Part shown: positions 15,140 to 28,551 of the stretch, piece after piece | Numbering within the stretch: the stretch's first letter is position 1 | Layout of the letters: the number at the start of each line of letters is the position of its first letter | Source of the DNA: the human T2T-CHM13v2.0 reference genome, Homo sapiens | Length of the DNA stretch: 64,000 nt | Direction: 5' to 3' (one strand) | Assembly (NCBI RefSeq): GCF_009914755.1 | Contig: NC_060942.1 | Notes under the pieces: model-generated | Database searches by the model: none | The model's input: only the letters and a program-made list of their open reading frames with translations | What the model was told of the DNA's origin: nothing | Program-made: the position numbers and the translations under genes

Positions 15140-15640
15140 TATATTCACTTAAGCCATGTATAACAGAAAGCTTAAGTAAGTAATCAAGGCTTAAATAAGA
15201 TGAGTATTTTTCCCTTCAAGTAATGAGAATTCTATGGTTAGCAATTTAAGGCAGGCCTAACAGTTCCATGACACCATCAGGGGCCCAGGTTCTTCCTGTT
15301 TCTCTGCTCAACTATCCTTAGCATGTTCTTCTTACTGTATGGTTGCAGGTAACAGTTGGAGCTCCAGTATCCAAACCATACTCCAGGAAGAAAGATGGGA
15401 AGAAGAAAATGTAAAAGGATTATTCTGGTTGAGTTGGCTTCCTTGTAACGAGTTAGGCACATTGTATACTTTCTCTTAGATCTCAATGGGTAGAACTATA
15501 TCACATGTTTACAAGGGACGCTGGGAAATGTATTTTTTTCAAGGTGGTCACTTTTATATATTCAACAAAATCAGAGCTCTGTTTGTAAAGAGATATGGAG
15601 AAATAAACATTGAGTAAGAAACTAGATGTTTTAGTCACAA
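15140..15640. mobile_element. Old MLT1 (MaLR) LTR
   Basis: taacagaaagc...ggcttaaataagatgag...catcaggggcccaggttcttcctgtttctctgctc...atcacatg...ctgggaaatgta. Confidence 0.7.
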
Positions 15641-17778
15641 GTGCAATCCACTTATATAATTAAAAATTTGTTGCATGGGCATTTAACATTAAGTATTTTA
15701 CAGTGGTTGAGATGGACAGAAATGGGAATTCATCAAGGAATAAATTCCTGCTCCGAATGCCTTGATAAAAAGATAATAAAATAATACTTATAAACTTTGT
15801 TCCATCAGCATGGCCTATATTAGAAGCCTAATAAAAAACTTGGTGCAGAAATCATACGGCTAGCCTGTATTCCAGGGATGGAAATGATGACTTTACCTTG
15901 TAATTGGTGGAGCAGGGCAGAAATCACTACAGCCAACTTTGAAAACAATTTTGTGCATTTCTTAAGGCCATTGGTGCTATTGTAATAGGCTAAGCAGTAA
16001 AATAACTGCCTGATATGCTTATCTTCCTTACCACAGTTAAAATTCTTTAAAGTAGAGGCTCACTGCAAGATAGCACCCTGATATTTTACTAATTTTAAAC
16101 TTTTCACATACATTTTTTCAGGGGTAGTTGCCCCATGAAAAGCACTAAATGTTCTATCATTTGCTACATTGCTATAATGTACCATGTGACCCAATTCTGT
16201 ATATTTCAAATGGGGCATCTTGTTTATAACAGGTAATTTTTTCTAAGTTACCTCCTGTTTAAAATTAGGATAATACTGTCTACCTTATTAATAACAAAGT
16301 TTCTGTATTAGATGAAATAACAGATGTTAAAGGTCTTCACAAGCTGCAAATTATTATACAAATAAGAGTTGTTGCTATTGTTATACTTTGCTTTGTCTCA
16401 TTTTGGACCTGCTCTATCAACATTACTCTTTCTCGGAAGAAAATTCTTTGCTAAAACTTTGTGGCACTTCATAACAATATACCATCTTTTTACGGCATGG
16501 CAAGTCTTTGTAACTCAAATAAAAGTAAAAAAGATTAAATAAAGAAATAACTTTATTTCCTCCTGAAAATTCTCCCCTAATGTGCCTTTTTACTTATTAC
16601 CCTCACATCTCACTGCACTAACCAATCTGAATTTCAAAGTATATTTGACATTATTTATTCATTTCTATAATTTATGTTCTTTGTTTTTTATACATAGCCT
16701 TACTCAAATAATTTATTTACAGGAAATTCAGTTATTAGTTGTAATGAAGGGAAACAGTACATTGATAATCTAAAAGTGTGTTAAGGGCAGTTTATATTTG
16801 GTTTTTGAATGAAATTTTTCAGAGGATTTGCTTTCCTAATTATATTTTTTTCTTGCTAGACTTAAGCTTTATTTGCATTCCTTGGACAGAGGAGGAGGAG
16901 ATACTTAGGAGCATTCTGAGTACAGAGAGAAGATTGTCTGGATATAAACAAAACTCTATCATGGAGAAGTCACACAATTAAAAAATACACTGATCATCAA
17001 GAGTTGATTGCATAATACACTTGCTTTTGTTCATTCCATTTCTCTTTAATATTATAAAGTCTTTCCATAGAGGGACTAGTTGCATACAAATTCTGTAAAT
17101 ACTAAATTGAAATGTACTATACAGAGCCCTTAGGGTGAATATCATCAATAACTCTTAGTGGCAAGAATATAGTTACCAAATTCTGATGCTGACTCAAAAG
17201 CTAACAAAATGATGTGATTTTATTGTGCCTTTTATCCTGTCTTTCCGATACAAATGTGTGTCTGTATGTGTCTCTGCAGAAAGGGAGAGAGGAAGAGAAG
17301 ATGGAGGAAATAGCAGTAAAGGAATGAATGGAAATTGAAAGAAAATCATGTGCCGACTGATTTTATTTTATGCCAAAATTCACAGTAGCATAAACAAAGG
17401 TTTCATGGGAGAAAAACAATAAGATAAATATATAAACATATTTCATAAACATTAAGTGATTTTGGAGTTTACCTCAATAAATATAATTGGACACTTATTG
17501 CTTTTATTTAATTTAAAGCAGGATATACACTAGCTGTCTCTTAGCCAGGCTCATTTATAAACTATTAATGATTTAATTTGCATTTTCATCAAGAAAGGAA
17601 AAAAATAGTTATTGCACAGGTCTCTTTTTCTCCAGACACTGAGTCATTATTTAATTAAGTACTATTTATAGTTTTACATACCCCATTTGCATTTTTATCT
17701 AGGCCCTGCATTTGAGAAAACATATATTTAATTTATATCTCATATATTTTTTAATCTAGTTATATGCAGATAATTAGC

Positions 17779-18080
<302 letters not shown>

Positions 18081-20625
18081 ATCATTAGCTTTTTTATACT
18101 GCTATGTTTTCTGTAAATTCTTTAACTCACAGATAATGGCTTTACTTCCTTTTCTTTGAAAATAATGTGGTTAATAAGTTAGAGACCAAGAGAAAAACAA
18201 AATGTTCTGTACAGCATTGTAGTCACTTAGTTCACAGATTCCACATTTTAAAGTAATTGCGATTTTACTATATACCGTGTGTTGTTTCCATTTTTTTTTT
18301 TTACATGGGCTTGATTTTCCCACTGCATGTCTCCTTTTAAGAGCTATGTAAGTAGTTTACCATGTTTTGAAAAACTCCACAAACTCCTCATTAAAGCTTC
18401 AGCTAACATAAAAGAACATTATTAAAATGGAAGAAATTGATATAATATTTAAACTCAGGAGAATGTGATCATTATCTACAATTATATGAACAATTGTTTT
18501 CAGAAAACATAGGCAGAAACAGAAGTATAAAATTTCAACAATGAAAATTGATTTTGAGTATTTATTAGGGAAACCGTATGAAAGTCTTTAAACTCTGTGA
18601 TACCATTCTGAGCTAGGTAAAGTAACTCCTTTGTGTAGAGTAGTTTATTCATTTCTTTAAAGAACATGAAAGCAAGGTGCCAGGGGAAAAAATCTATGTC
18701 TATCTGTTTATATATCTATATAATCTATGTAGAATATCTATAGTGCATATACTTTTTAAAAAGTTGGAAAACTTACCAACACTTCACCAGACTGGTCATG
18801 TCTCCCCAACATATACTTTTTATTCCATTTCTGTCCTCAACTAATGGTAGGAGAAATCTCCAAGCTCACCTTCCCCCAAACAAACAAAAACAAAAAGCGA
18901 AAGAAACAAAAACCCGAGCAGGCTCAGGGAACCAGGAATTAGAGCTTCATTATTGTTGGAGCATCGGCCCCCTGGACCTGGAGACAAGGCTGAGAAGCTG
19001 GGAGGTAGACAGCCAAATACAAAGCTACAAAGAGTCACAGCAGACAAGCTGGAGGTCTGGCCTGAGTCTGGAAGCCCATAGTCATATAATCATAGGAGGT
19101 GTAGTAAGGTGATGCAGTGATCCTGAGACACTTCCTCTGAGTCAGAATCTTTGAAGGGTGCTGTTGCCAGAATTAGAAACAAACAACGTCTGGAGGAAAC
19201 TTTGCACAGGATACCTGCAGGATTAAGATCATAAAGATTACTAAACAAACTATAACCTTATCCTCTGTGATGATAAACAGCAGAAAAAAGTTGCAAAGAT
19301 TTTGAAACAAGGGCTGGAGATTTTGGAAATGTCTGATACAGAGTGTAGGGTAGCTAGAGAGAAAGGGTAGGTCACCTACCAAGGGATCCCTATCAAACTA
19401 ACAGTGGACCTCTCAGCTGAAACCCTACAAACCAGAAGAGATTGTGGACCTATATTCAACATTCTTGATAAAAATCTTCAACCAAGAATTTCATGCTATC
19501 CAGCTAAACTAAGCTTCATAAGTGAAAGAGAAATAAGATCCTTTTCAGATAAGCAAATGTTAAGGGACTTCATTACCACCAGACCTGTCTCACAGGAGAA
19601 CTTGAAAGGAGCATTAAATATAGAAAGACCACTACCAGCTAATACAAAAACATTGAAACACACAGAGCAGTATCACTGTAAAGTAACCACACCCACAAGC
19701 CAACATAATAACCAGCTAATAGCATAATGACAGGATCAAATCTACACATTTAAATACTAACCTTGAGTGTAAATGGACTAAATTCCCCACTTGAAAGGCA
19801 CACAGAGTACAAGCTGGATAAAAAAGGAAGACCCAATGGCATGCTGTCTTTAAGAGACCGATCTCCCATGTAATGACATCCATAGGCTCAAAATAAAGGG
19901 ATGGAGACAAATCTACCAAGCAAATGGAAAACAGAAAAAAGCAGGGGTAGCAGTCTTAATTTCGGACAAAACAGATTTCAAACCATCAAAGACCAAAAAA
20001 AGACAAGGAAGGGCATTACGCAGTGGTACAAGGTTCAGTTCAACAAGAAGAGCTAACTATCCTAAATATATATGCACCTAACAGAGGAGCATTCAGATTC
20101 ATAAATCAAGTTCTTAGCAACCTACAAAGAGACATCACAGACTCCCACACAATAATAGTAGGAGACTTCAACACTTTACTGACAGTATTTGGCAGATGGC
20201 TGAGGCAGAAAATCAACAAACATATTCAGGGCCTAAACTCAGCATTGGACCAAGCGGATCTGACAGACTTGTTTAGAAATCTTCACCCCAAAACAATAGA
20301 ATATACATTCTTCTCATTGCCACATGGTACATCATCTAAAATTGACCAATAATTGAACATAAAACAACCTCAACAAATGTAAAAGTACTGAAATCATACC
20401 AAACACACTCTCGGAACACAGCACAATAAAAATAGAAGTAAACACAATGAAAATCTCTCAAAACCATACCATTATATAGAAATTAAACAACATGCTCCTG
20501 AATGAATTTTAGGTAAATAATGAAAAAAAAAAAGCAGAAATCAAGGTTTTTTGAAAATAATGAGAAGGATACAATATATCAGAATCTCTTAAACACAGCT
20601 AAGGCAGTGTTAAGAGGGAAATTCA

Positions 20626-20918
20626 GCCAGGTGGGTTGGGGGCAGTGGTTCACACCTGTAATCCCAGCACTTTGGAAGGCCAAGGTGGGCGGATCACAAG
20701 GTTAGGAGATCGAGACCATCCTGGCTAACACGGTGAAAACTTATCTCTACTAAAAATACAAAAAATTAGCCAGGCATGGTGGCACATGCCTGTAGTCCCA
20801 GCTACTTGGGAGGCTGAGGCAGGAGAGTTGCTTGAACCCAGGAGGGTGGAGCTTGCAGTGAACTGAGATCACACCACTGCTCTCCAGCCTGGGCGACAGA
20901 GTCTCAAAGAAAAAAAAA
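20626..20918 (+). mobile_element. Alu (Sc/Y-like) inserted in L1 ORF2
   Basis: Alu dimer with A tail. TSD remnant gggaaattca / gggaaaattca. Confidence 0.95.
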
Positions 20919-20959
20919 GCGGGGGGGTGGGTGGGGGTGGGGGGGTGGGTGATGGGGGG
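20919..20959 (+). repeat. G-run (GnT)n tract, potential G-quadruplex
   Basis: Six runs of 3 or more G, mostly separated by single T. Confidence 0.85.
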
Positions 20960-22615
20960 AAAATTCATAGCACTAAATGCCCACATCAGAAAGTTAGAGA
21001 TTTAAAATTAACAACCTAACTTCACAACTGAAAGAATTAGAGAAGCAAGAACAAATCAACCCCAAGCTAGCAGAAGACAGGAAATAACAAAAATCAGAGC
21101 TAAACTGAAGGAAATCAAGACATGCAAAACCATTCAAAAGAACAATGAATCCATGAGTTGGTTATTGAAAACATTAATGAAATAGGCCACCAGCTAGACT
21201 AATTAAGAAGAAAAGAGAGAAGATCCAAATAAACACAATTAAAAATGATGAAGGGAATGTTACTACTGACTGCACAGAAATAAAAACAGCCATCAGAAAC
21301 TAGTATGGGCACCTCTACGCACACAAAATAGAAAACCTAGAAGGATGGATAAATTCCTGGACACATACACCTTCCCAAAACTCAGCCAGGAAGAAACTGA
21401 TTCCCTGAACATACCAGTAACAAGTTCAAAAAAAAGCCCCAGGACCTGATGGATTCGTAGCTGAATTCTACCAGATGTACAAAGAAGAGATGGTACCATT
21501 CCTACAGAAACTATTCCAAAAAGTTGAGGAGGAGGGACTTCCCCCCAACTCATTGTATGAGGCCAGCATCACCCTGATATCAAAACCTGGCAGAGACACA
21601 ACAAAAAAAGAAAACTTTGGGCCAATATTCTTGATGAACACTGATGCCAAAATCATCAACAAAATACTTGCAAACCAAATCCAGCTGCACATCAAAAAGC
21701 TAATCCAGCATGATCAAGTAGACTTCATTCTGAGATGCAAGATCAGATCAACATATAAAAATCAATAATTGTGATTTATCACATAAAAAGAAGTAAAGAC
21801 AAAACCCACATGATTTATTTCAATAGATGCAGAAAAGGCTTTTGATAAAATTCTAGGTCCCTTCATGTTAAAAAAAAAAAAAACTCTCAATAAATTAGGA
21901 ATTGAAGAAACATACCTTACAATAATAAGAGCCGTCTATGACAAACCCACAGCTAACATTATACTAAATGGGCAAAAGTTGTAAGTATTCCCCTTGAAAA
22001 CCAGCACAAGACAAAGATGCTCTCTCTCACCACCTCTATTCAACATATTATTGGAAGTCATAGCCAGAGCAATCAGTCAAGAGAAAGAAATAAAGGGCTT
22101 CCAAATAGGAAGAGAGGAAGTCAAACTATTCTGTTTGCAAAAAAAAAAAAATTACTCTATATCTAGAAAACCGCAGTCTTGGCCCATAACCTCCTCCAGC
22201 TGATAAACTTCAGCAAAGTTGCAGAATGCAAAAATCGATGTACAAAAATCACTATCATTCCTATACACGAACAACAACCAAACTGAGAGCCAAATCAGAA
22301 AGGCAGTCCCATTCACAATTGCCACAAAAAGATTAAAATACCTAGGAATACAACTAACCAGGGAGATGAAAGATCTCTACAATAAAAATTACAAAACACT
22401 ACTCTACTCAACAAAATCAGAAGACACAAACAAATGGTAAAACATCCCATACTCATGGATAGGAAGACTCAATATCATTAAAATGGCTGTACTGCTCAAA
22501 GCAATTTACAGATTCAATGCTATTCCTATCAAACTACCAACTTTTAAATTTTTAAATTCATATAGAGCCAAAAAAAGAGCCTGAATAGCCAAGGCAGTCC
22601 TAAGCAGAAAGAACA

Positions 22616-23250
22616 CAACTTATATCTGGTTGGAATTCTTGGTAAAAAGACTAGGAAGAATGTTGAAGAGGCAATATTTAAAATACTAATGGCAGCACAT
22701 TTTCCAAGTGTACAAACATAGATCTGCAAACCAAATGCATAACAATCAGGATAAATCATAAAAAGATAAGACAAATCATAACAAAACTGAAAAAAAATCA
22801 AAGACAAGGATCTTAAATAGAGGGAAAAAGAAAATTGATTGTCTACAATAGCATGACTGTTGGAGGAACCACAGAATGCTCAGCAGCCAGTATAGGAGCC
22901 AGAAGACATGAAATGTTATTGTTAAAGGATTGAGAAATAACTGTAAATAGGAATTTGTACTTAGAATGTAATATGGTACACTGTTATGATATCCTTTTTA
23001 TGTATTTTCAGATTAATCACATATAAACACTATATTATGTAGGATTGCACACATATACTAATAAAACCATATGTATGTGTGATAATATGTATACATATAT
23101 GCATGTATATGTATATGTACATGGAAGGGAATGGTTAACACACTATAGTCCAAATTATGATTATATAAAAAGAGAGGAAGTAGGAAAAGGGTATAGGAGA
23201 GGAGGACATTCACAAATGTAAGTTACAGGCAGTGTTGCATCTTTGTTATA
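22616..23250 (+). mobile_element. Ancient L1M fragments
   Basis: ORF1-like text (ttggaattcttg...gaggcaatatttaaaatactaatggc...ggagccagaagaca) followed by 3'-end-like text. Confidence 0.55.
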
Positions 23251-23699
23251 TCTATTAGGTCATGGGTTTACCCTGCATTGTACATAATAAAAAAGCAAAA
23301 GCAAGCAAACATGAACCAAGATGAAAGTGCATCATGAGCCCAGGACAGGTTGGAATAAAATGCCAAACAAGAAATAATCTCCACCCATTAAATAATTAAA
23401 TAAAAGAAATAGCATGAGACAAAAATTGTCACTTGGACTTATCATTTAACTGCTAATCATAGTCTTTGAAAACTAACAAAAGAAAAATAGCTATTGAATT
23501 TATGGAGGTGCCATGTGAATAGTTCTTCTTATCAACATCAATTGCTTTTTTTCCCTCAGTATTGAAATGAAAAAAAGCAGCCACGGAATAATTTTCTAGG
23601 GCCTGAGACTCTGAATCTCTTTTCTATTACACATGGCAAAACACTTATCATCAGAATGTATAGTTACTAATCTGCTTCTAATGGCTCAGGAGAAATAGG

Positions 23700-25832
23700 G
23701 CACTGTTTCTGGTCCAGGATGTAAGGGGCTTAGAAGTTACCACTCTATTCGAATGATAACTAAAAAGCTGAACAAACTGAAAAATCAACAATTCTTGGAT
23801 CCATAGGAGAAGCGAGGCCACAGGGCAAACCTTTGCCCTCAAAATTGGAGAGATCACAGGTGAATACGAAGAATGACAACTCACCGGAGCAGAAATCTCA
23901 GTGCCTAGGTAGGAAAACCTGAGCTGTAATTGACAAATTGCTGGACAAATTGTTCAGTGTGGACAGATCTGAGAGATTAAAAACTCCAGGGGAATCCAGT
24001 TTTTGGAGGCATAGGGAGAGGGGCACACTTTTGAGAGTTTTGCCTCCAGGAGCTATCTAGACTTGTAAATATCAGAAAAATCTCCTGCTCTGACAGCAGG
24101 GGCCAGGGGAGGAACCCTCTTGAAATCTATCAGCGAATTCTATTCTTAACAAGATCTGCCCTCAGGAGAAATTATTTAACCAGAGTGTATCCTACCTGGG
24201 TTTTACCAACTGACCTGTGGTAAAGAAAATATCCAACTGCAGTTCCCTCTAGCCTTCCATGAGAGAGGAGGGAAAAATCCAACTTCAGCCCACTCTAGCC
24301 ATTCTGTCCCATCTAAGGAGATGGGAGGGAAAGACTGAGGAGCAAGTGTGAAATTCACAGTCCAGGGGCACAGGCCTATTAAAAATTTCAGACCTAATCC
24401 ATAGAACTATAGAATTCTTCTTCTCTCCTCACATCTTACCAGAAAATTACTAAAGGCCTATTTATACTAGGCCTATTTATTACTTTTACCCAGTAAATCA
24501 TGTCTGGCTATGAAGAAAAGTTAAAACATATACTAAAGTAAAATTTGAATAGACAGAACAAACATCAAAACAAGACTCAGACATTGCAGGGGTATTAGAA
24601 TTATCAGATAGGATTTTAAAACAACAATGATTAATATGCTAACAGCTCTAATGGAGAACAATAATGAAAAGACAGTTCATCCTCATGGAAGACTCAGTAT
24701 TGTCAAGATACTAATTCTTTTCAACATCATGGATTCAATGTTATCTCAATCAAAATCCCAGCAAGTTATTTTGTGAATATCGACACACTGGTTCTCAAGT
24801 TTATGTGGAGAGGCAAAAGAGCTGGAATAACCAGCACAAAATTGAAGGCGAAGAACAAAGATGGAGACTAACACTACCCAACTTCAAGACTTAACACAAA
24901 GTTACACTAATCAAGGTGGAGTTCTTGGTGAAAGGATAGACAAGAATAAATAAATAGATCAGTGGAGCAAAATAGAGATCTCAGAAAAAGGCCTACTTAA
25001 AATATAGTCAACTGGTCTTTGACAAAGGAGAAAAAGCAATACAATGGAAAAAGGTAATATTTTCATCAAATGGTATCAGAAAAACTGAACATCCACATGA
25101 AAAAAAAAATAAATCTACCTCTTCAGAATGTAGCCAACAAAGTTGAAAACTTGAATCCACGCAAAAACCTACACATGGATGTTTGTAGCAGCTTTATTCA
25201 AAATTGACAAAACTTGAAAGCAACTAAGATGTCCTTCAGTAGGTGAATGGTTAAACTGTCATATATCCAGACAATGGAATATTATTCAGTGCTAAAAAGA
25301 AATGATCTATCGAAAGAAAAGACATGAAGGAAACTTAAATGCACAATTTTAAGTGAAAAAAGCCAATCTGAAAAGTCTGTATACTCTATGATTCCAATTG
25401 CACGCCATTTTGGAAAAGGTAAAAATATGGAAACAGTAAAAAGTCAGTGGTTGCTAAGGTTTGAGGAGAGAGGGATGAATAGTTGGAGGATATAGGATTT
25501 TAAAGGCAATGAAACTACTCTGTAAGCCACTACATGGTAGATAAATGTAATTATACATTATCAAACTTATAGAAAGTACAGCACCAAGAGTTAATCCTAA
25601 TGTAAGCTATGGACTTTGAGGGATAATGAAGTGTCAATGTGGGTTCACCAATTGTGAAAAATGTACCACTGTGGTGGGGGTAGAGAATGTTGATAATGGG
25701 GAAGGCTATGCATATGTGGTTGCAGAGTATATATGGAAACTCTGTACTTTCACTTAATTTTGCTATGAACCTAAAACTGTTCTAAAAAAAAAAAAAAAAC
25801 CCAAAGTCTATTAAAAATAAAACAAAACAAAA
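23700..25832 (+). mobile_element. L1MC-type element with large internal deletions
   Basis: 5'UTR-like start, ORF1 start near 24590, jump to the ORF2 end near 24675, L1MC 3'UTR (cctaatgtaagctatggactttg) and A-rich tail at 25784-25832. Confidence 0.8.
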
Positions 25833-26635
25833 AGAAGTAGGGTGGTCGAAATGCTGCAATAAGTGTAAGAGTGATAAGATAAGGAAAATAGCTTAATGGA
25901 AATATTAACTATAAAGTACCAGGAGATAAATAATTCAGGATGACACTGTTTATGAAAGTTCTTTTATTTTATTTTGCAAATTATCAAGTGACATTACTTC
26001 AGGAACAGGATGTATGTTGAACTATTGTCTCTATTAGTTCTACATCAGCTAATGTTGTTCCTATCATCAGTGTCCCTTTTGTGTCACATTGGCCTTCTGG
26101 AATAAATAACAGAGAAGAAAGACTGCTTTGTATTGCAGACTCTTGCCAGGATTTGTTGATTCTATGATGGCGGCTATAATATTATAAGAAGAATGCTATA
26201 GATTAACTCAGCCAATCTTCAAGGGTATATTTTCAACTAAAATTTACATTAGCTAAACATACATCCATTTCCAATTGGTTTTTTATTACAACAATCATGT
26301 CCTTGAGGAATTTTGTATACTCTGTGTTTATAGTTACTTTTTTATCTTTTTTTTTTTTTTACATTTTGGTAAGAACACAACATTATATACCCTTTTAACA
26401 GATTTTTAAGTGTCTATTACAGTAATGTTATCTATAGGTACAATGTCACCCATCAGATCTCCTGAACTAATTCATCTTGCATAATTGAAATTCTACACAC
26501 TTTGATTAACAACTGCCCATTTCCCCTCCTCACAGTCCCAGGCAACCATCATTCTGTTGTTCACTTCTATGAGTTTTACTTTTCCAGATACATACATATA
26601 TATGATAATTAGTTCTGTTGCTTTCTCTCTCTCCA

Positions 26636-26933
26636 TTTTTTTTTTGTTTGTTTTTTGAGAGGGAATCTTGCTCTGTCACCCAGGCTGCAGTGCAGTGATG
26701 AGATCTGGGCTCACTACAACCTCCGCCTGCCAGATTCAAGTGATTCTCCTACCTCAGCCTCCCTGAGTAGCTGGGATTACAGGCCACCATGCCTGGCTAG
26801 TTTTTGTATTTTTAATAGAGACAGGGTTTCACCATGTTGGCTACGCTGGTCTCCAACTTCTGACCTCAAGTGATCCACCTGCTTCTACCTCCCAAAGTGC
26901 TGGGATTATAGGCATGAGCCAGAGTGTCCAGCC
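26636..26933 (-). mobile_element. AluS
   Basis: Reverse-complement Alu dimer with T tail. Confidence 0.93.
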
Positions 26934-28551
26934 AATGCTCATATATAAGTAGAATCATGCAGTATTTATCCTTCTTGACTAGCTTCTTTATTTTTTAGCA
27001 TAATAGCCTCTAGGTTTATTTGTGATGTTGCAGGTTGGAGGATTTCCTTCTTTTTTAAGGCTGAATGATATGTCATTGTATGTGTATACTACATTTTCTT
27101 TATTCACTTATCTATCTATGGGCATTTAGATTGTTTCATACATTAGCCATTGTGAATAATGCTGCAATGAACACAGAAGTGATGATTCAGAATCTCAATT
27201 TTAATTATCTTGGATAAACACTCTAAAGTGGAATTGCTGCATCAGATGGTACTATTTTTAATTTTTTGAGAACCTCCATACTGTTTTCCATAGGCTGTAC
27301 CAATTTACATCCCTACCAACAGTATACATGTGGTTTCTTTTATCCACATTCTCTCCAAAACTTATTGTCTCATTGTTTTGGTAATAGCCATTTGACAGGT
27401 GGAAAGTGATATATCATTGTGATTTTGATTTGCATTTCCCTGATGATTAGTGATGTTGAGCATCTTTTCGTATACCTGTTGGCTAAGTGTCTATCTATTT
27501 TGGGGAAATATTTATTCAACTCTTTAGTTCATTTTGTAATCAGGTTAGTGGCAGTTTTTGCTATTGAGTTTTAGGAGCTTCTTATGTATTTTTTATATTA
27601 ACCAACGATCAGATATGTAGATTGCAAATATTTTCTCCAATTCCATTGGTTGCTTTTTGGCTCTATTAATTATTTTCTTTTTATGCAAAAACTTTTAGTT
27701 TAATAAAGTCCTACTTATTTATTTTGTCTTTATTTCCTGTGCTTCGGTTGTCAGACCTGTGAAAAATTGCCAAGACCGATGTTTTGGAGCATTTTCTTTA
27801 TGTTTTCTTCTATGAGTTTTACATTTTCAGGTCTTATGTTTCCATCTTTCATCCATTTAGAGTTGACTTTTTTGTACATGTAGCATCACGATATCATTTC
27901 TTTATATGTGAATATTCAGTTTTCCCAACACCTTTGTTAAAGAGGCTGTCCTTTCCCCATTTTATATTCTTGGCACCCCTATTAAAAATAATTTGAACAT
28001 ATATGTGTGAATTTATTTTTGAGCTCTCTATTCTCTTCTATTGGTCAATATATCTGTCTTTATGCCAGTCCTATACAGTTTTAATTACTGTCAGTTTGTG
28101 AAAACATTTTAAATCAAAAACTGTGATGCCTCCAGCTTTGTTCTTTTTCAAGATTGTTGTGACTATTAAGGTTTTTTGTGGTTCCATATGAATTTTAGAA
28201 TTGTTTTTCCTATTTCTGTAAGAAATGCTATTACAATTTGTATAGGAATTGCATTGCAACTGTAGATCACTTTGGATACTATGGACATTTTAACAATATT
28301 GAGTCTATCAGTCCACGTGGAAAAAATACAGGATGTTTTTCCACTTGTTTGTTTCTTGTCTAATGTCTTTCGTCATTATTTTCTACTTTTCAGTGAGCAA
28401 ATCTTTACCTTCTTTAGTTAAGTCTATGCCTAAGTATTTTATTCTTTTTCACATTATTGTAAATGGGATTTTTTTTCTAATTTCCTTTTCTAGTAGTTCA
28501 CTATTATTGTATAGAAACACAACTGGTTTTTATAGTATATGTAGGTACTAT

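Larger units (their letters stand above)
19250..22615 (+). mobile_element. Truncated old primate L1 (ORF1 end plus ORF2 endonuclease/RT), decayed
   Basis: ORFs DLSAETLQ..YPAKLSF (ORF1p), TILNIYAPN..GDFNTLL (endonuclease), [28 protein letters not shown] and KYLGIQLT (RT). Many stops and deletions. Confidence 0.92.
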
